Of a DNA stretch of 64,000 bases, positions 30,745 to 39,121 are shown piece by piece. The notes below the pieces were generated by a model. That model saw only the letters and a list, made by a program, of their open reading frames with translations. It was not told where the DNA came from and did no database searches. The translations under genes and the position numbers were made by a program. The stretch comes from Candidatus Bathyarchaeia archaeon (lineage in GTDB: Archaea; Thermoproteota; Bathyarchaeia; Bathyarchaeales; Bathycorpusculaceae). Position 1 is the first letter of the stretch. Each line of letters starts with the position of its first letter. The stretch is taken from the NCBI GenBank assembly GCA_049516875.1, contig JBEKSS010000004.1:32001-96000 (forward strand). The letters run 5' to 3'.

Positions 30745-32292
30745 TTGACAGACATCGTTCTTGTTTTTGAGGTTCACCAGCCTCACAGAATAAACAAGAG
30801 CTTCTTCTGGGAAAGCAAAATGTTCAAACGTGTTAACAAAAAAGAATACTTTGACTACTATTTTGATAGCGCAGAGAACAGAGAGGTTTTTGAAAGAGCA
30901 TGCACCAAATGCTATTTTCCATCAAACAGCATACTGCTCGAACTCATCGACAGATACAAGGGAGAAAAGAAGAAACCCAAGTTTTCGTTCAGTCTATCCG
31001 GCGTTTTTCTAGAACAATGCGAGATGTTCAACAAGGACCTTCTTGAAACATTCAAACAGCTTGCAGAGACGGGGCAAGTGGAGTTCCTAAGCCAAACCTA
31101 CTATCACTCGTTAGCAAGCCTTTACCCTGAAAGAGAAGAATTCATTGAACAGGTGAAAATGCATCAGCACGTAATGAAAAGCCTGCTAGGCTACAAGTCC
31201 ACGGTTTTCGAGAACACGGAACTGCTCTACAACAACGCTGTTGCAAGAGCCGTCGAAAGCCTCGGGTATGAAGGAATCTTCACCGAGGGTGTGGAGAGAA
31301 TTCTGCACGGGAAATCGCCGAACTATCTCTACTCGCCGAAAGACCTGAAGAGAATCAAGATTCTTCTACGAAACTACAAGTTGACAGACGACATAGGGTT
31401 CAGGTTCTCAGCAAGATGGTGGAACGAGTGGCCATTGACAGCAGACAAATATGCAAGTTGGCTAGCCGCAACGCCGGGCGACTGCATCAACATCTTCCCA
31501 GACTATGAAACCTTCGGAGAACACCATTGGCCCGAAACAGGCATACACGACTTTCTCAGACACCTGACGCCTGAGATCCTGAAGTGGTGGAACCTGCACA
31601 TGGCCACGCCTTCCGAAGTGGCAGACAAACACGCGTCTAAGGGAGAGATTGACGTCCCGGAGCTGGGAGGAACCGTATCTTGGGCTGATTTGGAGAGGGA
31701 CGCAAGCTGCTGGCTTGGAAACACTATGCAATGGGCCTACTACACGACTCTGAGACGCTTGGAACCACTCGTCAAAGAAACAGAGGACAGAGAATTCCTG
31801 AAAACATGGAGGTACTTCCAGACAAGCGACCACCTCTACTACATGTTCACTGCAGGCGGAGCCCCGGGCGAAGTTCACTCCTACTTCAGCCCGTTCAACA
31901 CCCCAATGGACGCTTTCGTAACCGCACAAGCGGCAATACTGGACTTTGAGAACAGAGTAAGACTCGCCGCGATAGTTGCAGATGAACCATTCCTCTTCTA
32001 CACGGGCATAGGAGAAAAGTACTTCACAGGAACAAAGGCCTGGAGCCTAAGAGGCTTCACAGAAGCCATTCAAACAGTAAGTGCGAAATCCGTAGAATTT
32101 CACAGCAACCGAGGAGACTTCGAACAGTGGGCTGACAAGTCGCTTCATGACAAGAAGCTCTCTGGACAATTGAAGAAGGAAAGGCTCTCAAAACTGAGCG
32201 GCGAACCGCTTCGAGAGGCTATCGTTAACGACGTGAAGAAAACCTCAAGCAGGCTGACCGCCAAAATGCGGTCTACAACCAGATACTTCTAG
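30745..32292 (+). CDS. GH57 alpha-amylase with C-terminal DUF5752 domain
   Basis: FEVHQP, TYYHSL, NTELLY, DYETFGEH, QTSDHLYYM. Confidence 0.93.
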   Translation: MTDIVLVFEVHQPHRINKSFFWESKMFKRVNKKEYFDYYFDSAENREVFERACTKCYFPSNSILLELIDRYKGEKKKPKFSFSLSGVFLEQCEMFNKDLLETFKQLAETGQVEFLSQTYYHSLASLYPEREEFIEQVKMHQHVMKSLLGYKSTVFENTELLYNNAVARAVESLGYEGIFTEGVERILHGKSPNYLYSPKDLKRIKILLRNYKLTDDIGFRFSARWWNEWPLTADKYASWLAATPGDCINIFPDYETFGEHHWPETGIHDFLRHLTPEILKWWNLHMATPSEVADKHASKGEIDVPELGGTVSWADLERDASCWLGNTMQWAYYTTLRRLEPLVKETEDREFLKTWRYFQTSDHLYYMFTAGGAPGEVHSYFSPFNTPMDAFVTAQAAILDFENRVRLAAIVADEPFLFYTGIGEKYFTGTKAWSLRGFTEAIQTVSAKSVEFHSNRGDFEQWADKSLHDKKLSGQLKKERLSKLSGEPLREAIVNDVKKTSSRLTAKMRSTTRYF

Positions 32293-32353
32293 CTTGTCGA
32301 CGCCCACATGCCTTTATAAGAAAACCTGTTCACAATATGTTTAAGACATCTTT

Positions 32354-32617
32354 GTGGGTGATAGAATGAGTCAAGAGCTTCCACTTTCAGAAAAAATCCT
32401 GCAAACATTGCATAATCTGTGCGCAACATCGCCTGATCTAGCGAGAAGAAGCGAGGAACTGTCACAGGTCTTGCAAGTTGACATAAACGAGTTGGAGAGA
32501 ATCCTGGATGACTATAAGCGTCAAGGCTTCGCAGAAAGCTTCACAGACAATGAAGGAAAAAAAAGGTACTACCTCACTGGAAGCGGAATAATAAAAATCT
32601 GCGCAATCTTCACGTAG
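32354..32617 (+). CDS. Small winged-helix protein
   Basis: EELSQVL...LERILD...GF...KRYYLT..G. Confidence 0.7.
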   Translation: MGDRMSQELPLSEKILQTLHNLCATSPDLARRSEELSQVLQVDINELERILDDYKRQGFAESFTDNEGKKRYYLTGSGIIKICAIFT

Positions 32618-32627
32618 TGAAGGCTCA

Positions 32628-33251
32628 ATGCATGTCATAATCTTCTCATGGGAATACCCGCCGAGAATCGTCGGGGAACTTGCAGACTACGTTAGAGAAC
32701 TAGCGACACAGCTTGTCAAGAACAACGAGAAAGCATGGGTAGTCACTTACCACGACTTCTTAACCGGCGAGTATGAGGAGCCCGAAGGCGTTAAAACTTT
32801 CAGAGTGACGAATCCCGTTCACACGCACATCGGCGTTCTCACGTGGGTTTTGACCTTAAACCAAGAAGTCGAAAGAGTTGCTGCAAACATCTACTATGCA
32901 TCAGACAAACAGGTGGACCTCATTGACGTGCACGATTGGCACTTCATACCCGCAGCGGTCACGTTGAAGAATGCGCTAGCCATCCCGTTCGTTTATTCCG
33001 TGGAGAGTCTGGAGGAGCACCGTTCTCACGGTGCGAATTCACCGTTCAACATGTCAATAAAGAGCATTGAATGGTTAGGAATGGATGAAGCTGAAAAACT
33101 GCTCGTTAAGTCTGAATGGATGCGAGACGAGATAGTCAGAATATACAAAGTCTCAATGGACAAGATCAAGGTGATTCAGCCGAAATCTGCGAATTGGATA
33201 AAAGACATTTTAGAAACCTACAGGAACTCGTGGGCTAGGGCGTCAACATGA
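32628..33251 (+). CDS. GT4 N-terminal-domain-only protein
   Basis: SWEYPPRIVG, DVHDW; ends before the nucleotide-sugar domain; ATGA-coupled to the next gene. Confidence 0.8.
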   Translation: MHVIIFSWEYPPRIVGELADYVRELATQLVKNNEKAWVVTYHDFLTGEYEEPEGVKTFRVTNPVHTHIGVLTWVLTLNQEVERVAANIYYASDKQVDLIDVHDWHFIPAAVTLKNALAIPFVYSVESLEEHRSHGANSPFNMSIKSIEWLGMDEAEKLLVKSEWMRDEIVRIYKVSMDKIKVIQPKSANWIKDILETYRNSWARAST

Positions 33252-34465
33252 AAAAAGACTTGACCGTTATGATGCTCACCTGGGAATACCCACCCAGGAT
33301 CATCGGTGGAATCTCCCAGCACATTTATAACCTTTCTAAAAGTCTGGCGAAGAACGGCGCAAATGTTTACGTGGTGACCTGCGATTTTCCCGGAGCACCT
33401 CAACATGAAAGCACAGATGGTGTTGAAGTCTACAGGATCGACTCGTACAAGAACCCCGCGCCAGACTTTGCAACGTGGGTTTACCTCATGAACGTAAACA
33501 TGCAGAAAGAGGCTGCCGCACTCGCTCGCAGCCTCGGCGGACAGATTGACATTTTCCATGCTCATGATTGGCTCGTTGCAACGGCTGGAATCGGGCTGAA
33601 ACATGTTTTCAGAAAACCGTTTTTTGCCACTATACATTCCACCGAAATCGGCCGCAGAAACGGCATCCACACGGACTATGAAAGGATGATACACGAAACA
33701 GAGGCGTGGCTTACCTACGAAGCGTGGAAAGTGATATGCTGCAGCGACTACATGATATCACACGTTCGATGGGCCTTCGGGCTTCCGCCAGACAAGCTGG
33801 TCATGGTTCCAAACGGTGTCAACTTCGCAGCCTACGCAAAAGCAGAGAAAGAAGATCTAAGCCAGTTCAGAAACCGATTTGCTTTGCCACAAGAAAAAAT
33901 CGTGCTCTTCGTGGGAAGGCTGGTGTTTGAAAAGGGAGCCCACGTGCTTGTGAGTGCCGTTCCAAAAGTGCTGGAGAAATTAGACGCAAAGTTCGTTATC
34001 GTCGGGAACGGCTACATGAAAGACCAGCTTTCAGACCTCGTTCGAGGAATGGGAATAGCGCACAAAGTGATGTTCACAGGCTTCGTGGACGACGAAACCC
34101 TGCGAAAACTGCAGAAATGCGCCGATGTCTCTGTTGTGCCCTCCCTTTTCGAGCCCTTTGGAATAGTCGCACTCGAGGCCATGGCTGCAGGAAGCCCCGT
34201 CGTGGTCTCGGACACAGGCGGTCTGTCAGAAATAGTCAACCATGACGTAGACGGAGTCAAAGTTTACGCCGGCAATCCCGATTCACTGGCATGGGGAATA
34301 ACGAGGGTGCTGACAGACGAAGGCTTTGCAAACCGCCTCAGAACTAACGCGCACAAAAAAGTTCAAGAGAAATACAACTGGGACGCTATAGCACAGCAAA
34401 CAAAAACCGTGTACGAAGCTGTCTTAAGCGAGTACTCGAAGAGCTTCTGGGCACAAAAAAGATGA
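33248..34465 (+). CDS. GT4 glycosyltransferase (glycogen synthase-like)
   Basis: WEYPPRIIGG, HAHDW, VGRLVFEKG, EPFGIVALEAM. Confidence 0.92.
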   Translation: MKKDLTVMMLTWEYPPRIIGGISQHIYNLSKSLAKNGANVYVVTCDFPGAPQHESTDGVEVYRIDSYKNPAPDFATWVYLMNVNMQKEAAALARSLGGQIDIFHAHDWLVATAGIGLKHVFRKPFFATIHSTEIGRRNGIHTDYERMIHETEAWLTYEAWKVICCSDYMISHVRWAFGLPPDKLVMVPNGVNFAAYAKAEKEDLSQFRNRFALPQEKIVLFVGRLVFEKGAHVLVSAVPKVLEKLDAKFVIVGNGYMKDQLSDLVRGMGIAHKVMFTGFVDDETLRKLQKCADVSVVPSLFEPFGIVALEAMAAGSPVVVSDTGGLSEIVNHDVDGVKVYAGNPDSLAWGITRVLTDEGFANRLRTNAHKKVQEKYNWDAIAQQTKTVYEAVLSEYSKSFWAQKR

Positions 34466-34486
34466 ACGAGAGCGTTTCACCGAAGA

Positions 34487-35443
34487 CTAAGGGTACGTCA
34501 GCTTGATGGCTTTGTGTTCACAAGCGTCGACGCACTTCATGCAGTAGATGCACTCTGGATGGCTGAATTTTTCCCAAGGCAAATCCAATATGGGAACACG
34601 GGTGGGACAAACTTGGACGCAGTGGCCGCATCCGCCTTTCTCGCATTTGGTAGGTTCTCTTCTCAAGCCGATGAAGCTGAACGTGTTCATAAGAGCCATA
34701 ATGGCCCCGTGTGGGCAGAAGTACCTGCACCAGCTACGAGGCACGTAGGCCACGAAGGCCAGAACGAAAATCATGATTACAAGTTGAACCCAGAAAAGCG
34801 CGGACAGGCTCGAAATGTCGTGCAAGACATCTACACCCTGGCTTGAAAACACTGAAACGGAAAAATCGTGCACCATCCTCGGCAAGGTTGCGAACAAGGT
34901 TTCCGATGGGCTCAAGACTGTGAAAGGTGCATTAGCAAATATGCCTAAAGCCTTCTGATACTCTCCACTGATACCCATAACCTCTGAAGCCGAAAAAATC
35001 ATGACCATGAACAGCGTAATTGCCAGAACGAAATACTTCACGTAGACCATGGTCTCATGGGTTCTCACCGACAAATCTGTCTGCTTACGTTTGAAAAAGC
35101 CAACCAAGTCTTGGATGAAACCAAAAGGACAGACCCACCCGCACATTGACTTGCCTATCAGTATGCCCACGATCAGGAATGAGGCTATTGCAACCCAAGG
35201 AAAAACAACGCTGGCGTTCCATCCGCTGAACATCAGCTGGATAGCAGTGAACGCGTCGCCCGAACTGTTCACCTTCAACCCCCACGTCCAAAGAACAGGA
35301 AACAAGAGCGGTAGCGCACCGAGACTGAAAACTATTGAACTGAAGAAGATGAAGGAAAGCAACTGGACTACTCTGCGCGGCGTGTTATACTTGAGTAGTC
35401 TCTGTCTCAGTTTCTGAGCGTTCAAACGTTTCGCCTTCTTCAT
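34487..35443 (-). CDS. 4Fe-4S membrane protein (NapH/MauN-like)
   Basis: CGWVCPFG, WCRYFCPHG, C..CVQVCP, CIYCMKCVDAC. Confidence 0.88.
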   Translation of the reverse strand: MKKAKRLNAQKLRQRLLKYNTPRRVVQLLSFIFFSSIVFSLGALPLLFPVLWTWGLKVNSSGDAFTAIQLMFSGWNASVVFPWVAIASFLIVGILIGKSMCGWVCPFGFIQDLVGFFKRKQTDLSVRTHETMVYVKYFVLAITLFMVMIFSASEVMGISGEYQKALGIFANAPFTVLSPSETLFATLPRMVHDFSVSVFSSQGVDVLHDISSLSALFWVQLVIMIFVLAFVAYVPRSWCRYFCPHGAIMALMNTFSFIGLRREPTKCEKGGCGHCVQVCPTRVPILDLPWEKFSHPECIYCMKCVDACEHKAIKLTYP

Positions 35444-35466
35444 GCTCTAATGAAGGACTGAGTTAT

Positions 35467-35598
35467 TTATTTTCCTATGACTTTAACATTTTCCACAAGA
35501 ATCCATGGTGCCACGAGCTGCCCGATTTTCCTCTCGTTGTCAGCTGGCCCGGAAACATTCGCCAATACGTCGAAAATGTCTCCGGCCAACATCGCTCC
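35467..35598 (-). pseudogene. 3' remnant of pmbA/tldE
   Basis: [16 protein letters not shown]...[22 protein letters not shown] matches a PmbA C-terminus. Confidence 0.75.
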
Positions 35599-35744
35599 GT
35601 GCGCTTGCCTGCTGGAAAGTGCAGGTTCGTTGATCAACGCTGGGGGTGGACAAATAGCCCGCTCTTGCACCGTTTCCCGTGCTTTGATGGTGTCTGTCAG
35701 GTGTGCCTCTGCGCTGCAGATATTGATGTGGCGAAAAGAGCCAT

Positions 35745-35870
35745 GTTAGAGTGCGAGTCCTTGTGTTTGAGTACTCAATCCGTGATTTCTTTGAGTGTCA
35801 AAACAATGTTGAACAATGTTGGTTCAGCGCTTTTTTTACTCAATTCCGCGAGGTTTTTGAGTGTCAAAAC
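35745..35870 (-). repeat. ACTCAA-box dispersed repeat, copy 3 (B-A, inverted)
   Basis: Reverse complement matches the B-A units of copy 2. Confidence 0.9.
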
Positions 35871-36026
35871 CCTCCCGATGGGCACGAAAGACAAGAGTGC
35901 GATGGACCAGGACTCGTATGCCACCGAGGTTAAGAGCTGAGTTTACAAAAAGAAGCTCCATTCTAGTTAGCGAGTCTGCAGTGTATAGTTGTTGTAATGA
36001 AAATGAATGGGCTAGCTTTTACTAGA

Positions 36027-36243
36027 CTAGCGCGCATGCCTGTTCCTAAATTCGTTTGCGAGGTGGCCTGTGCTTCCGGTTTTGCTTCGTCTATGGATGG
36101 TGATGCCTAAGGATACGAGAAGCACCGTTCAAAAGGCGCGACGCAACTCTATTACGGTTGAAAAGGGGAATTTAGGAACACACATAAGCACTGCAAGCAA
36201 CACATGCGGCAACATCAAACGCAACATATAAAAAACGCGCTAG
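36027..36243. repeat. Element bounded by CTAGCGCG/CGCGCTAG containing a TGTTCCTAAATTC MITE (36041-36180)
   Basis: TGTTCCTAAATTCGTTTGCGA is the exact revcomp of 10417-10437; GAATTTAGGAACA at 36168-36180. Confidence 0.85.
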
Positions 36244-36550
36244 CTCCGGTTTGCGCCGGCTTCACTGGTACTTTGCGCCTTGAGCTTGCAGCCTTGGCCA
36301 TCCTGCACGCGTCTGAAACAGCATTACTCAAAGCTTCAACATCCAAAGCGCTGACAGAAGCAAAGCCCCAAGCACCTTTCACAAGCACACGTAGTGCCGC
36401 CCCGTTTTCTATCCCTTGCTTTGCTGCTTCAACGCGGGCTTCTTTAACGGTGATCGCGGTTTTGTAGAGTTTTTGGGCGCGGACCTCAACGTACTCGGCT
36501 TTGAAACCTTGAACAGCAGTGTCGACGACTTTGGCTAAGACGTCTTTCAA
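36244..36550 (-). pseudogene. 5' remnant of tldD
   Basis: AEYVEVR...GAALRVLVKGAWGFAS...A.RMAKA; homology stops at the CTAGCGCG motif. Confidence 0.85.
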
Positions 36551-36700
36551 ATCTGCTCCGCTTCCAGGTTAGAGACATCCATTCCTGGAAGGAATACCCA
36601 TAAGAACCTTATAAAAACTGTCAGCGTTTTCCCGCAACTCAACGGAACAGAAAATAAATGTGCGCCTGGAGACTTGTGGCGCATCGAATGATGAATCAGC

Positions 36701-37039
36701 TTATGATTTGTGCATAAGCAATTTCATTTGAGTAATAAAAGTAGCTTCGTCATCGACGTTCTCAAGTTCTATTCTGCGAAGCTGATTAGAGTCCGAGCTT
36801 ATGTCTTCGAGAATCTTTCTTTCAATGACGTATGCACCAGATCTGAGAAAGTCCTCAAGTCCCTGTGCGAACAGTTCGATCTTGTCGCTGATCTCACTGC
36901 GTTTCAAGGAATAGTTGTGTTCCAGATGCCTGTAGATTAGGATGGTTGCTTCTTTCCCGAAAACTTGGTTTAGGACCTTGTCTATTATTCCTAGGACGGC
37001 ATCATTTTTGTTGCATGTTTGCTGTCTTGTTATCTCCAT
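36701..37039 (-). CDS. Hypothetical protein (DUF3227/NitrOD5-like)
   Basis: IDKVLNQVFG..AT.LIYRHLE..Y.LKRSEI.DKIE.F..GLE.FL.SGA.VIE. Confidence 0.65.
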   Translation of the reverse strand: MEITRQQTCNKNDAVLGIIDKVLNQVFGKEATILIYRHLEHNYSLKRSEISDKIELFAQGLEDFLRSGAYVIERKILEDISSDSNQLRRIELENVDDEATFITQMKLLMHKS

Positions 37040-37132
37040 TAGCCACCACAGTACTCATCGTTCATCGTACGACTTAATAAGGCTTGTTGTAGACTTGTAC
37101 AGCGCACATACAGCAAAAACACGAAAAAGAAC

Positions 37133-38421
37133 CTAAAAAGTGAAATCCGTAAGATTCAACTGTTGGACTCTTTTCGGCAAAATCTTATCTTGCGCCTGCC
37201 CGTTAAAGATTACAAGTCGTCCGTAAACGCCATCGTAGCCGGGGACGACCTTAGCCTTTCCTTCTCGAACTCGGACTATTGCCTCAGCAATCTGCTCACC
37301 CGCAACCGAGTTCAGCTCGCTCTTCGAACGATCAATCAGAACAGAGTACTCGTCCCCGAACTTTTCTATGAGTAGGTTGTAAATGCTCCACACTTTCTCA
37401 GCGGATGGAGAATCGACACCCAACACCGTGGCAATGATTTCGGAGAGCGGGAGCAGACGCATGAACCCAACGGCGTTTTCAGGCTTAAAATCCGCAGAGC
37501 GGTCAGCCAACTCTTCAACACGTTGCTCCACGCCTTTGGTGAGTTTTCTGCGGCAAACCGGACAGATGTTACCAAGCTTTGTCGCCTCTCGCGCAGAAAG
37601 CGACACATTACAGTTCCTGTGGCCCGTCCAATGATATTTGCCGTATGCCGGGTCTGTTTCAATCGTAAACTTGAAACGCCTCGTGTCTCTTGAACGGATA
37701 GCTTCCAGCACTTCACCATAATCTGGCTTCCCGAGCTCGAACACGTTTGCTTCTCTTCCAATGCGCCACGGCCAAAAACTGTGGCTGTCACTGTTTGAAA
37801 CCAGCGTGAACTTGTCAAGCCCACTTAACCGCCAGTTCATGGGCGGATCTGATGAAAGGCCCGTTTCCAAAGCGTAGATGTGTTTAGCCATGTCCTCATA
37901 GCATTCTTCAACGCTGTCGAAGCCGCTGAAGGCGCCAAAGATGCTGAACCACGGAGTCCATGCATGAGCAGGGAACACCATGTTTTCATCCGAAACTTCC
38001 ATGACCTCTTCAACCAGATGTGCCGCGTTAACATCCAACGTTGGTCTGCCGTCTGAAGCCAAATTGCCGTATTTTGACAGCCTGTCGCTAATCTGTGCCG
38101 CGGTTTCCAAGCTTGGTGTAAGAATGACGTGATGGACTTTCTTAACCTGACTCTTGGCCGCGAAAACGGTGCTCACTTCGGTTGTCACCATGAAACGCAC
38201 AGTCGAATCGTCGCCTAAAGCATATCTGTAGAGACCCGTATCTGGTTCAGGAATCAACTTCTCACTCAGTTCTTCAAGCCACTTTGGATGTGTGAAATCC
38301 CCCGTGCCTACAATGCTTAAACCCTTAATCTTTGCAAAACGATTAATCTCCTCAACACATATTCTCTCGCTCGTTGCCATGCTGTAGCGACTGTGTATGT
38401 GCAAGTCGGCTATTACCCTCA
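37133..38421 (-). CDS. Endonuclease Q family (PHP domain)
   Basis: ADLHIHSRYS, GTGDFTHP, PAHAWTPW, SNSDSHS, GKYHWTGHRNC, CPVC, PGYDGVYG; TTG start assumed. Confidence 0.92.
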
Positions 38422-38554
38422 AACGTCCCAGCGCCCCAGCATCTCTTGCCCAGTTCGCTATTATTAGGTTATCGCGCAAATCCTAACTGCGATGTGATAG
38501 CTCTGGTGCTCTTCGTGGGGTGTAATAATCTTACACCATCTTTAAATCAAAGCA

Positions 38555-39121
38555 TTGACTAAGCAAAATCCACGAATTCTTAGAGGTCCAAAGTTGCCAA
38601 CTAAGAAAGAACCGATATGGATAGCCAGAGACCTAGCCAAGTGCAGCGGATGCAGAAAGTGCGAAATAGCATGCTCGCTTTTCCATGAGAATCGCATATG
38701 GCCAGACGCTTCTAGAATAAGGGTTTTCATGCTCGTCCCAGGACTGGAATTTCCACATTTCTGCGCTCAATGCGAAGATTATCCGTGCGTGGCATCATGC
38801 CCAGTAAGAGCCCTCTCAGTAAGCAGCAAGACAGGTGCAGTGCTAGTAGACAACAAGACTTGCATCGCCTGCGGACAGTGCATTGACGCTTGTCCAGGCA
38901 GGGTCCCTCACATGCACCCGAAAGAAAAGCACGTTGTAATCTGCGATCTATGCAACGGAAATCCCCAGTGTGTCAAGGTTTGTCAGCAAGGAAGCTGGAA
39001 TGTGCTCAGAGTAGTTGAAAGGGGAGACGAGCCCTACAGACTCTATGCGCGGAAACCGGACGAAATAACGCGAGATTTGGCTACAAAAATCTACGGAGAA
39101 ATAGGAGGAGAATACCTGTGA
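38555..39121 (+). CDS. 4Fe-4S dicluster subunit of AOR-family complex
   Basis: Four Cys clusters (CSGCRKCEIAC, CAQC..YPCVASCP, CIACGQCIDACP, CDLC...CVKVC). Confidence 0.92.
   Translation: MTKQNPRILRGPKLPTKKEPIWIARDLAKCSGCRKCEIACSLFHENRIWPDASRIRVFMLVPGLEFPHFCAQCEDYPCVASCPVRALSVSSKTGAVLVDNKTCIACGQCIDACPGRVPHMHPKEKHVVICDLCNGNPQCVKVCQQGSWNVLRVVERGDEPYRLYARKPDEITRDLATKIYGEIGGEYL

Noticed and set aside
35467-35670. 67-aa ORF (and the 111-aa ORF at 36215-36550) as functional genes
   Set aside because: These are pmbA and tldD remnants fused to non-coding sequence.
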